Of a stretch of 64,000 bases of DNA, positions 22,263 to 34,658 are shown one piece after another (position 1 is the stretch's first letter; each line of letters opens with the position of its first letter). The position numbers and the translations under genes were made by a program. The notes below the pieces were generated by a model. The model ran no database searches. It saw only the letters and a list, made by a program, of their open reading frames with translations, and was not told where the DNA came from. Location: the NCBI RefSeq assembly GCF_963921235.1, contig NC_086097.1:133426001-133490000 (forward strand), given 5' to 3'. The DNA comes from Mobula hypostoma. Its lineage: Eukaryota.

Positions 22263-23807
22263 GCATTATAATGTACTAAAACAGCGTGCTGAAGAAAACC
22301 AGTCAGAGCAGCCAATGCAGCATCCTTTTCCCAAATCTCAGCGGTAAGTATGTATATAAACAAATAAAGTGGGCAAGAGATTAAGTCGAGGATCTAGCTG
22401 CTCATTCAGCTGAGCCTAAAAGCAAGTTAAATTGTGTACCATAAAAGGCATTTTGGAAATGCAAGCCTTTCACAGAAAAGAATCCAGTTACTAACAAGTG
22501 ACAAGCACCAGTTTCTCTGGAAATGATTCAGATCAAATTCAGTGAGGAGGCATCACCAACACTTCAAGAGTGAAACCAGTCTGTATACAGCAAAAGTTAC
22601 CCCCAATCTGTCAGGTAATCCACCTTATATACTGTAAATAGTTTTACAATATGTGAGTGTATCTAGTTTGTATGTAAAGAAAAGCACAAGCCCAGCTTAT
22701 ACATAGCAAAAATTCTCCGGTCACTGAGTGAATCCAATTTGCTTAGTGAAGGGCAGCAGTCTAACTGGGAATCCAGTTTGCATGCAATAAGGGGCGTGAA
22801 AATTTGGGTGAATCCACATTTGTACAGAGTGCGAGATATGAGTCTATAAATGAGCACATCCCACACTGGTCACTCAAGAAAAACCCATCAATCACCTGTA
22901 ATCTCACTTGAGGCAGACCCTGCATGTCCCAAGGATACCACCAGCCACCTCAGAACCAGCAAAACCAGACAGGAAAACAAGTCATCATTTACTACGCAAT
23001 TCTGGTTGTGAAGAAAATTACAGCAGTTACCAACTACAAAACTGTAAAGTTCTTTGGAATAATTTGAATGACACCCTTGTCTAAGTGGTACCAATTTTTT
23101 TTACTGCAACGATTACATGCTTTGAGTGTATCAGATGTGTCATCATCTTTTTAGGCAATCTGTCAGGATTGAAGATAACTTGCTTACATTCTGGTTTTGT
23201 GGGTTCAGAAGCCAAGGGAGGAACCACAGAGTCTTGTCACAAAAGAGGAGATAATGCCTCATGGGTAAGGGAGTGGATTGGTTGGACGGAAATTTTACCA
23301 TTTCCATTGCTTATGCAGGCCCTCGCTGTATGCTCCAGATACATGGAGTCTCAATAATATCCCAATTCTGCTTCAATTTCAAACAGTCATGGGTTCCCAA
23401 AAATCAGTGACGTTGCATTTCGTTCAAGGTTTTGAGTACATCCTTGCATAGTTTCCTCCATCTGTCCGATAACCTCTTCCCAACAGCTCTGCTCCACATA
23501 AACACACAATATTGCAAACGATATTCTAATTTACATGCTTTTAAAATCTGGACTGTTCACAGAAAGCAATACAACGTACTAGAAATTTATAACTAAAATT
23601 ATCTCTGGAGAAGCCTTGTTACAGTCAGTCACATAGAACAGGACACGGAAGACTAGACTACCAAACAATCTATCTAGTATAGGGTTAAAAAAAAACTGAG
23701 TTAATACAGAATGATAAAGACTAGTCTGTGAATAAATCACGATAAAATACTAAGTGAGTCCTGCTTACACAGTGAAGCACTGTGGCTTGCAGTGAAAGTC
23801 TCTACCG

Positions 23808-24030
23808 TTTGGGAGCAAATCCAGTTCGAGGAGTGGATCCAATTTGAGCAGTGAAACCCCTACAGTCTAGAAATGCTACAATTTGAGGAGTAAATCCAGT
23901 TTAAGGGATCAAACCCCTAATCTGGCAGGGTATCCAATTTGAGTAGATCCCCCAGTTTGGGAGCAAATCCTGTCTGAGTAATTGATCCTCCTCCTCTGTA
24001 TCCAGTTTGATGAGCGGATCCATTGCAGAG
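23808..24030. repeat. Degenerate minisatellite, ~17-19 bp unit (CCAGTTTGAGGAGTAAAT-like)
   Basis: Roughly a dozen diverged units, e.g. GTTTGGGAGCAAATCC occurs twice, plus CCAATTTGAG and CCAGTTTG variants. Confidence 0.7.
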
Positions 24031-24149
24031 CTCAGTGAGAGCTCATCGCTGACTCGGGGGTGGTGGGGGTCAGGGCAACCGTGCCTGCAGACTCCCTCCC
24101 TCCCCTGTACCAGGCCGCCTACATCCCCCTCCTCCCGAGAATTAACCCT

Positions 24150-24700
24150 CACAAATATAGGGGGCAGACTAAGGCCTGATGACAGAGCACCAGGGCCAAG
24201 CAGACCGACGCGATGTCGGGCTGCTTCCCGAGTGCAGGCGGACGGCCGAGCGCGGCAGAGCCCGAGCCTGAGCCGGCGGGCCTAGGGCTCGGCCGTATCC
24301 CTGCGCCCGCCGCCCGCCCTCCCCGCCGAGATCCGGGACTACATGCCACCCAGTAGTCCCGGCCCCGGCCCAGCCTTCCCCCCGGGGTTCCCGCCGCCCG
24401 CTCACCTGCCGCCTCCGGGTCCCGCGCCGCTGTTTTCGGGGGTCGGCCTCGCGGCATTATTATTTTTTTTGGTTCTCGGATCTACTTTAGTGAGAGCGCG
24501 CGCGGGGCGGCGCCGGGGGCGCGCACGGCAGTGGGGGCGGAGCGAGATCAAGACGGCGGCGGAAGGCGGCCCGGGCCTGGCGGGAGGGAGAAGGGGAATA
24601 AGGTCGCTGCCGCTCTTTATAAGTGGGGTGTAATTTGAGGGGAGAAGAACAAGTGGTTATAAGGGAGTTGGGTTGAGGCCCCGATTGGGGTGGTTAATGA
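24150..24700 (-). promoter_or_regulatory. CpG island / promoter
   Basis: Only long GC- and CpG-rich non-repeat stretch in the window; GC box GGGGGCGG near 24533; on the minus strand CCAAT (24684-24688) and TATAAA (24616-24621) lie upstream of the ATG at 24457. Confidence 0.85.
24406..24457 (-). CDS. Probable first coding exon of an unidentified gene (MPRGRPPKTAARDPEAA, phase-1 donor)
   Basis: ATG in A-rich Kozak context (ATAATAATG) inside the CpG island, 52 coding nt, then consensus donor CAG|GTGAGC. Confidence 0.65.
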
Positions 24701-25464
24701 AAATGGTTCGGTGGAGGGGGATAGATGGTGTGGCTGTAGGTACCTGGGAAAGAGTGGGTCCCTTTGGTCTTTATGTTTGAAGCTGGGTATGTGGGCAAAG
24801 TCCTAAATGTATTCAATAAGGAGAAGGATATGGAAGATACTCAGTTCCAGTAGGGATAAGTGGATAATCTGGAGCAGGTCAGTAAGAAGGAAGTAGTTTT
24901 AAATAGATAGATATTTTTTAAGGTGATAACTAAGAAGATTGATGAAGGGAGAATGGTAGATAGTGTATGTGTAGACTGAAGTAAGGTATTTGGCAAGGTC
25001 TGTATGAAAGGTTGGTTAGAGAAACATGGTATCCAAAATGAACTGGATACCATTCAATGCTGGCATGATGATAATAGCAGAGGATGGTGGTAGAAGAATG
25101 CCTTTCTGTGACCAGTGGTGTACCCCAGAGATTGGGTGTTGAGACCCTTGTTATTTATGATTATAGGACATAAAATGGTGCAGTACAGTATAGGCTCTTC
25201 CACCCACAATAATTTGCTGACCTATTTGATAATCAATCTAACTCTTCCTACATCACCTCCATTTTTCTTTCATCCCCATCTAAGAATCTCTTATAGTCTC
25301 TAATGTGCCATCATGCCTGGCAGAGTTCCATACATTCATCACACTGTGTAAAATAAAATGGCCCTGACATCCCCTGATAGAGGGTCTCAGCCAAAACCAG
25401 CAACTGTTTATTCCCCTCCACAGGTGCTGCTTGACCTGCTGTTCCTCCAGCATTTTGGCATTTT

Positions 25465-25735
25465 AGTTAGAGACACAGCTCAGAATTTCCCCTTCAAACT
25501 GCTCCACCCAGCAATTCCTGATTTAAGCCTTGCCTAATCATGGAACAATTTAGGATGATAAAGTAACCTACTAACTGGTATGTCTGGACTGTGTAAGGAG
25601 TCTTGAGGACCCAGAAAAAAAAGCACAATTCCATGGGGAGAACTTCAAACTCCTTACAGATAATGTTGGAAATGAACTCTAATGGCAAGAGCTGTAATAG
25701 CATTGTGCTAACCACTATGCTTCAACGGCGCCCAG
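25465..25735 (-). mobile_element. tRNA-derived SINE inserted in a Penelope terminus (~25370-25795)
   Basis: Minus-strand head GGGCGCCGTTGAAGCATAGTGGTTAGCAC; Penelope CCAGCATTTTG|TGTGTGTG sequence is split around it. Confidence 0.65.
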
Positions 25736-26305
25736 TTTTGTGTGTGTGTGTGTTAGTCTGGATTTTCAACATTTGAAGAATCTCTTGTGTTTCTTAAAAT
25801 TGTTTTATGCATTTTCCCCAATCATCTTTAAATTATTCCTCCTCATGTTAGCCTGGGAGCCTCTGGCTGTCCACTCTATCTATCCCCCTTAGCATCTTAT
25901 ATGTCTCTATCAAGTAACTTCTCAACTTCCTTTGCTCTAAAGAGAATAGCTCTAGTTCAGTCAACTTGTCCTCATAAGACATGATCTCTAATCTAAACAG
26001 TAACCTGGTAAATCTCATCTGAACCCTCTATAAAGCTTCCACATCCTTCCTATAGTGAGGGGATCAGAACCGGACACAATACTCCAAGGGTGGTCTAACC
26101 AGGGTTTTACAGAGCAGCAGTGTGACCATGAACTCAATCCCCCAACTTATGAAGACCACCGTATGTTAACCACCTTATCAACTTGCACAGCTTCTCTGAG
26201 GGATCTATGGTCACGGATGCCAAGATCCCTCTGTTCCTCCATGTTGCTAAGAATCCTGCCATTAACCCTGTATTCTGCCTTCAAGTTCGACTTTCCAAAG
26301 TGTAT

Positions 26306-28230
26306 TATACTTTATACTTTCTTTATTGTCGCCAAACAATTGATACTAGAACGTACAATCATCATAGCGATATTTGATTCTGTGCTTCTCGCTCCCTGGA
26401 TTACAAATCAATAGTAAATATTAAAAATTTAAATTATAAATCATAAATGGAAAATAGAAAAATGGAAAGTAAGGTAGTGCAAAAAAAACTGAGAGGCAAG
26501 TCCGGATATTTGGAGGGTACGGCCCGGATCTGGGTCAGGATCCATTCAGCAGTCTTATCACAGTTGGAAAGAAGCTGTTCCCAAATCTAGCCGTACAAGT
26601 CTTCAAGCTCCTGAGCCTTCTCCCAGAGGGAAGAGAGATGAAAAGTGTGTTGGCTGGGTGGGTCATGTCCTTGATTATCCTGGCAGCACTGCTCTGACAG
26701 CATGCGATGTAAAGTGAGTCCAAGGATGGAAGATTGGTTAGTGTGATGTGCTGCACCATGTTCACAATCTTCTGGAGCTTCTTCCGTTCTTGGACAGGAC
26801 AACTTCCATACCAGGTTGTGATGCACCCTAGAAGAATGCTTTCTACAGTGCATCTATAAAAATTAGTGAGGGTTTTAGGGGACAGGCCAAATTTCTTTAG
26901 TTTTCTCAGGAAGTAAAGGTGCAGGTGGGCCTTCTTGGCAGTGGACTCTGCTTGGTTGGACCAAGTCAGGTCATTCGTGAATTTGACCCCGAGGAACTTA
27001 AAGCTTTTGACCTGTTCCACTTGCGCATCACCGATGTAGATTGGGTCATGCAGTCCGCTACTCCTTCTGAAGTCCACAACCAATTCCTTCGACACACATC
27101 AAAGTTGCTGGGGGAATGCAGCAGGCCAGGCAGCATCTCTAGGAAGAGGTACAGTCGACGTTTTGGGCTGAGACCCTTCGTCAGGACTAACTGAAAGAAG
27201 AGCTGGTAAGAGATTTGAAAGGGGGAAGGGGAGGGGGATCTCTTACTAGATCTTGGATCTCCCCCTCCCCCTCCCACTTTCAAATCTCTTATTAGCTCTT
27301 CTTTCAGTTGGGCCTGACGATGGGTCTCGGCCCAAAACGTCGACTGTACCCCTTTCTAGAGATGCTGCGTTCACCAGCAACTTTGATGTGTGTTGCTTGA
27401 ATTTCCAGCTTCTGCAGATTTCCTCGTGTTTGCGTTTTTAAAAACCAATTCCTTCAGCTTGCTGACGTTGAGGGATAGGTTGTTGTCTTTGCACCATGCC
27501 ACCAGGTTCTTAATTTCCTCTCTGTACTCAAACTCATCATTACCCAAGATACGGCCTACAATTTTTGTGTCATCAGCAAACTTATATATTGAGTTTGATG
27601 GAAACTTGGCTACACAATCATGGGTGTACAGTGAGTACAGCAGGGGGCTGAGTGCACAGCCTTGTGGGGCACTGCTGCTCAGAGTGATTGCAGAGGAGAG
27701 CTTGTCCCCTATTTTTACAGCCTGGGTCCTGTCTGTGAGGAAGTTGAAGATCCAGCTGCAGATCTGAGTGCTAAGGCCCAGGTTCTAGAGCTTAGGAATC
27801 AGTTTATTTGGAATGATGGTATTAAAGGCAGAGCTGTAGTCAATGAAAAGGAGCCTTACGTATGCGTCTTTATTCTCCAGGTGTTTCTACGGAGGAATGT
27901 AGGGCCAGAGAGATGGCATATGCCGTTGACCTGTTGTTTCTGTAGGCGAATTGCAAAGCATCGAGGTTGACCGGTAGGCCGTGGCTGATGTGTGCCATAA
28001 CCAATTGCTCGAAGCACTTCATAGCAATTGATGTCAGAGCCACAAGTCGATAGTCATTCAGGCATGCCACCTCGCTCTTCTTCGGCACTGGGATTATCGT
28101 TGCCTTCTTAAAACACGAGGGGATCTTAGACTGAAGCAAGGAGCATTTGAAGATGTCAGCAAACATGCACAGGCCCAGAGAACCTGTCCCGGGACGCCAT
28201 CTGGGCCCGTCGCCTTCATTGGATTTATCC
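26306..28230 (-). mobile_element. Rex/Babar LINE (RT to 3' end) with a Penelope insertion
   Basis: [58 protein letters not shown]; (AAAGTAT)n tail. Confidence 0.92.
27091..27442. mobile_element. Penelope insertion formed of two inverted termini, each with a hammerhead motif
   Basis: 13-bp TSD AACCAATTCCTTC at 27078-27090 and 27443-27455; ~150-bp inverted arms. Confidence 0.88.
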
Positions 28231-28639
28231 TTACATTTTTCAAGGTTGTTGTTTTGAGGCAGCAGTACAGTACAACAAAGTAAAATTACTTACAAAATAA
28301 AGTTTTTAAAAATTGCAAAAAAGGAGTAATAAAGTAGTGTTCGTGGACTGTTTGGAAAACTGATGGCGAAAGGGAAGAAACTATTTCTGAATCATTGAGT
28401 GTGGATCTTCAGGCTTCTGCACTTTCCCCTGATGGCAGTGACATGTCCCAGAGGGTTCCACCTTCTTGAAGCTCCAACTCTTGAAGATATCCTCAATGGT
28501 GGGGAAGGATGTGCCCGTGATGGAGCTGGATGAGTCTACAACCCTCTGTAGTCTCTTGTGATCCTGTGCATTAGAGCCTACAGACCAGGCTGTGATGCGG
28601 CCAGTCAGACTGCTCTCCACCAGAATCCTAATAACTTGG

Positions 28640-29400
28640 ATTCAAAGTGCAAAGTGGTGGATTTTGGGAAATGGAGTCAGAAATGTACTATTAATGGTAG
28701 GGCACTAGGAATGTGATGAACATGGTGATATTGGGGTTCAAGTCTAGTTCACTAAAAGTAACAACACAGCTAGATAAGGTCGTGAAGAGAGGATATAGTA
28801 TGCTTGCCCTCATAGCACAGACATTGGATATAAAAGTTAGAGGATTCTGTTGCAACTGTATAAAGCACTGCTTCAGTCACTCATGGAGTATTATGTGCAA
28901 GTGTAGCCACTACACAGAAAGGATGTGGTTGCGCTGGGCAAGTGCAAAGGGGATTCACGAGGATGTTGCCTGAACTGGAGGCCATTAGTAATGGGAGAGA
29001 CTAGAAAAGCTGGGCTTGAATTTCCTGGAGTGAAGAAAGCTGAGGTGACCTCATCAAGGCAGATAAAATTATAAGAAAAGAGATGACATTGATAGACAAA
29101 ATTCTTTTCCCTAAGGTGCAGGTATCAGAAACGAGGGAATCAATCTAAGGCACATGAGAAACGTTTTACAAGGGATCAGAGGGGAAAGTTTTTAATTACA
29201 CACAGAATGATTGATATCTGGAACTTGCTGCCAGAGGAAATGATGGAATCAGATACCATCACTGCATTTAAGGGAGATTTTGGCAGGTACCTAAAAAGGC
29301 ACAGCATAGAAGCATACAAACCTAACGAGGTAATAGGATAATGCAGATGAAAGACAAAGTTTGACAGTAGGGCCTATTTCTATGCTGTACAACTTTGACT
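28640..29400 (+). mobile_element. Old CR1 3' fragment
   Basis: SSLKVTTQLDKVVKRGYSMLALI and decayed downstream CR1 motifs. Confidence 0.7.
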
Positions 29401-30263
29401 GTATTGGGGGGGGGAGGAGGGTGAATACTGTGGGGAAACTGGACTGGACAGATACTATTAACCATGGGACTGTAGTGGCTTCTGTTTAGTCTGAGCAGGA
29501 CAGTATGCTGATAAGGTGTATCAGGGATGGAGGAGTTGGAAGAAGAAGATGTTTGAATCTGGGGAAAAAATTATCGTAGGGGCTGGAAGATGAGAAGGTT
29601 TAGGATGGAGTAATAATACTGAGAGTAATGTACAAATGCTGAAAAAGCTATATATACAGTGTATGCCTGTGACGATAAACTTGAACTGGAGTTGGAGGAG
29701 TTAGAAGGAAAGGGGAGTCCAGAGAAGACCACTTCTTGTGAGCAAATTTGGAAGAGGGCGTCAAAATAACAAGCAGAACCTGATTAGACTGAGGTAGGTA
29801 GATTCTTGGTTATCAACTGTTTAGAAGTTTATCATGAGTACACAGCAATGTGAAGTTGAGGCTGCAATCAGATCAGCCATGGATTTATGAAATGGAGAGT
29901 GAGCTTGAATGAAGTGACCTATACCTTCAGATTTTTTTTTGGTACATTAAGTTATATTGGTGATCCTCAACAAGTTGAACAACATCCCTGGAGAGAGAAA
30001 TGGGATGTTTTTAGACTAATAACCTTTTGATCAAATTCACTTGAGGTTATGATTGGCATGTATTGGCTATCCTCATCACCCTAGAGAAGATAAAGATGGG
30101 TCACCATGAATTTCTTTACTCTGTGTATTAGTGAAGGCACTCTCTCAATGTTAACGAAGGAGTTATGATGAAGAAACAAAGATCTGCAGCTAGTTGCATT
30201 CCCCTGCATCTGTTACCCTTAACCTTGGTTACAAAGGTTCCAGGTTTGGGGAATGCTCTTGAA

Positions 30264-30343
30264 CAAGGGTTCCCAACCTGGAGTCCATAGACTCCTTGGT
30301 TAATGGTATGGGTCCATGCATAAAAAAAAATTGGGAATCCATG
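30264..30343. mobile_element. 80-bp hAT MITE
   Basis: TIRs CAAGGGTTCCCAA / TTGGGAATCCATG; near-perfect 8-bp TSD CTCTTGAA / CTCTGGAA. Confidence 0.75.
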
Positions 30344-33300
30344 CTCTGGAAGAAGCCACATAGAACAGTACAGCACAGGAACATTTCCTTCGGCCCACAG
30401 TTTAAGTCCAGGTTAGTAAGTGCATTGATCATTGTGGTCAGTAGTCATTGTGGACACCCAGTGAAGTAAGTGAATCTTTAGAGTTTGGATAGAGTACCTG
30501 AACCATTAACTCTTTCTTTCTTTGCCTGTCAGTTGTTTCCCTGCATCATTGTCACATGTACTGAGGTACAGGGAAAAGCTTTGTTTTGCGTGCCTTCAAT
30601 GCAAATCGTTTCATCACATTAGTGCATTAAGGTAGTACAAGGCAAAACAATAACAATGCAGACTGAAGTGTTATATTTGCAGAGAAGATGCAGTGCAGGC
30701 AAACAGTAAGACACAAGGGCATGACAAGATAGATTGTGAGATCAAGAATCCATGTTATCATTCAAGCAGTCTATTCAATCGTCTTACAAAAGTGGGAGCT
30801 ATGTGGTTTCAGGGCCTTTGTATCTTCTGCCTACTGAGAGGGGAGAGAGGAGAGAATACGTAATGTGGGACAGGTCTTTGATCATGTTGGCTCATGCAAT
30901 TATTCTTTAACATGCTTAGCTATTCAACCAGTTGAATGACATCATAACTAGTAGACACCAGGAATGCTTTAGAATTAATGTCTGGCAGCAGCAAACAGTA
31001 GTAAAGAAGGTCAAGTTCAATTGATCTTGTGAGAGAGAACAGGTTACAGGGAAATAGGGAATAGAAATGTCATGAGATCCGACATAGATTCTATGGCTGA
31101 ATGGTGTCCTAAGGAAAAAAAGCTGAAATATACTTCCATAAGTAAGTATCGTGCTGCCTTATAGGCAATCTCCATTCCAGTCCAAATGAAGGGTCTTGAG
31201 CTAAAATGCTGACTGTTCATTTCCCTCCATAGATAATGCCTGACTTATGTTCCTCCAGTGCTTTGCACGTTGCTCCATATTCTAGCATCTGTGGTCTTTG
31301 GTGACTCCAATCTCTATTAAATGCTTGGTTGGCAGGAATGATCGACAAAGAGACATCAGATATAAGGTTCCAAAGAGAAAATAGCATGCTGTTTTGAGAA
31401 TGAACAAAATAATGCACTTTAGCTGTTCACTGTTAAAAATAAACTAATGAATACAACAGTAGATGCAAGTCAACCACTCAAAAAATGTGTCATTGCCTTG
31501 CTGCTTCCTGACAAGTCACTTGTGTGTAATTATCCAGGTTTAAATGTGGAAATACCCTAAATCTTATGCCCTATTCTTAGTTCAGCAGATCAGCATTAGG
31601 AATGAATGCCAACTGTGTGTTGAAAGGACACATCGGGACATTTACACTGGACTGCAGTTATCAGTTAAGCCGAAATTATAAATGCTGTTGCTATCTGTTT
31701 CTTTTCTAGTTTTATCATTGGCACACAACTTTGCCAAAATTGCAGACAGATCACCTTTCCTCAGCTAAATAAAAATGGTTATGCACGAAGTATTTTCAGC
31801 ACAGCAAATGACCCACTTAACCTAGTACGTTGATTATGATCTGTGAGCTCCTATCTTTTTCCTAACCTTATCAAAGCATTCCCCTATTCCACATTCTCTT
31901 TAAAATCAGAAATACTATTTTAAAATGCGTTTAGAGTTCAAATTTCTCGTGTAAATAATAAACGACTGTAGTCCCAACTCTGCTGTGGAGCAACACTTAC
32001 TGATCCTTTGAACAACCTCACCAACCTTCTCCTCACTTCACCACCAACACATTTTTTTTATCTGTGTCCTGCAGCCAGCGAGTTAGCCACTTTGCTACTC
32101 ATTTCCAACACCCCTAACCCCCCACACAAGTTTATATAGCCTGACCTTGTCCACCATACAGCATTTTATCTCTTTTTTTATAATCCAATCTTTATGCCTA
32201 CCACATTAACCTTATCAGTAATTTTAGTAGAATTTGGTAAGTTTAGTCATACACAGCATCATTTCATAAATCATAATCACATTTTCAAGTCCTTTGAGTT
32301 TTCCTATTATAGTTGTATTGTAATGATTCAGTAGTCTCCAACACTGACAAGCTGGGCATGGTCTACTCCCGACTTCATATACAGTATAAAGAAATCATAG
32401 ATACTATACAGTTCTGACACAGTTTCGTTCTGTGATACTCCAATTGTATACAGGACTATGTTTTCTGGTGCTTCTCTATAACCTCTTCCTTTAATCTTGC
32501 ACACCTTTTGTCTTTTTGGTTTTTCCTCTTGTCATTTATACTGTTTTCCTAATAAATTACAAACCTATTGGTTTAATATTTCTGCCACTTTCCTGTCTTT
32601 ATTTTTTAAGTTTAAGTTTTTCTTAGTTATGCAGCATTATTGTTTTGCTGCCTTTTGTTGAATAAATGTGTACAGTATGTGTATTTTTTCTCCCTTGATG
32701 TTCTTCCCTTTAGCTACTACTTTGCTCTATGAATGTTTGGATTTTGCTATCATTGTTAATGTAGAACTATACAGCACATTAACTGATCCTTCAGCCCACC
32801 ATGTCTGTGAAGAATACGATTCCAATTAAAACTAATCCTAACTGCCTGTCTGCACATGGTCAATATCTCTATATTCATGGACTGTTTATAAGTTCGTCTG
32901 AATGTCTCTTAAACATTGCTATTGCTATTGTATCTGCTTCTGCTGCCACCCCAGCATCATATTCCCAACACCTACCACTCTTTTATTTAAAAAAAAACAA
33001 AAACAGAAACAAACTTGTCTTGTAAGCCTCTTTAAGCAATTCCCCCCTCACCTTAAACCTAGTGTCCTCTAGTATTTAATATTTCTACCTTTAACTATCT
33101 GTCTTTCATAATTTGAAATATTTCAGTCAGCATCCCTAGGCCTCTTGACACACCAGAAAAAGCAGTTGAAGCTCGTCTATCCTCCCTTCCTACATAATAA
33201 GCTGAATCCAGGCAGCATCCCGGTGAACCTCTTTTGCACCCCAGCCAAAGCTTTCACATTCTTCCTATAGAGTGACAACCAGAGCTGTACCCAGAATCAG

Positions 33301-33685
33301 CCCTGTTATCATATGATGTAAAACTTGTTGTTTTGTGGTAGCAATGCAGGACAAAAACAAAAATCTATAAATTGTAAAAATAAATGTCACAAAGGAAAGG
33401 AATAACAAGGTAATGTTCATGGATCATTAGAAATCTGAGGGCGGAGGGGAAGAATCATTGAGTATGGGTCTTCATTCTCCTGTACCTCCTCCCTGATGAT
33501 AATAGTGAAAAGAGGGCATTTCCTGGATGGGAGGGTCCTTAATGATAGATTTACCTTGAGGCACTACCTCTTGAAGATGTGTTCATTGATGTGTTCATTT
33601 GTTGGGGGGTTGTGCCTGTGATGAAGCTGGACTGAGTCTATAACTCTCTCGAGCCTCTTGTAATCCTGTGCATTGGAGACTATAT

Positions 33686-34658
33686 TGTTACGTACCCCGT
33701 AACTGGGTTGCCAAACCAGCAGAAATGGATCACTCAGTTGGAGTCTGGATTACTAGAACTAAGAAAGTTTTATTAAAGAAACAAGCAACACAGTAATCGA
33801 AAGGATAATAAATGCAACAGTTCAGCAATGATAAACACACGTGCACAGAATTAAGGTAACAGGATCAATCAAGCTCTATCGTTGTCTAGGGGTAAATGAC
33901 CAATTTCAAAGTGACACAAAGTCCAGTTCAATTTAGTTCAGTTCGCAGTAATCGTTGCCATGGCGATGGACAATGTGGGGGGAAGGAGAGAGAGAACAAG
34001 AACGAATGATCATTCAAAACGGCTTCCACACACAGACCTGCGATATTGCTCACAAGCAGCTTCCGGGCGAGTCCTTTGTGATGTCACCTGAGGTCACCGA
34101 CTGTGACCCCTCCTCCAGATGCGGTCGATCCTCTGCAGTGAACCCGGCACCCAAGCGAGGGTGGACACACACCGGGTTCCCGCTGATCGTACCTTTCCAC
34201 CCTGTGCGTCTAAGGCTGATCCCGCGATCAGCCGTCCAAAGAGCTTCCCACCGACTCGTGGGAGGCGCACCGCTTCCAGGGTCTCGTTACCTCAGGTGTC
34301 GTGTGTGCTTGCCTTAGCGAACCTGTCCCTTTTTATCCCCCTGCTGGGGTATCGCCTGTCCATCACTTCAGACAGTTCAGGGTTCAAAGGGGGAGCCGCT
34401 CTAGACAGCTCTGTCTCCCGTCCCTTCATTACACTTCTCCAAATCGCCTGTCCATCACTTCAAACAGTTCAGGGTTCAAAGGGGGAGCCGATCTTGACAA
34501 TACCCAGACTGATGGCTCCTTCATTAACATCTCCAAATGCTGCTTCATTGTGTTTCTTATCTCTCCTTCCCCTGAGGACAGGTGGCAGACCAACTGCTGA
34601 TGCCACTGGTGCTAGCCCAGGCCAGCAAACATCTTAATTTATGTGTATTCTCGTCACA
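33686..34658 (-). mobile_element. Solo LTR (973 bp) inserted in a Rex/Babar fragment
   Basis: TGTTACG...CGTCACA termini, 4-bp TSD ATAT (33682-33685, 34659-34662), minus-strand AATAAA near 33770. Confidence 0.88.

Noticed and set aside
22285..22343. Plus-strand exon ending in a strong GCG|GTAAGT donor
   Set aside because: Acceptor lacks a pyrimidine tract, the peptide is unrecognised and no partner exons were found
23808..24030. CRISPR-like array
   Set aside because: Adjacent degenerate units without unique spacers, no cas genes, vertebrate context
24406..24457. Assignment of the first exon to RB1, HMGA/HMGN or CHCHD2
   Set aside because: Only superficial N-terminal resemblance; no matching downstream exons seen
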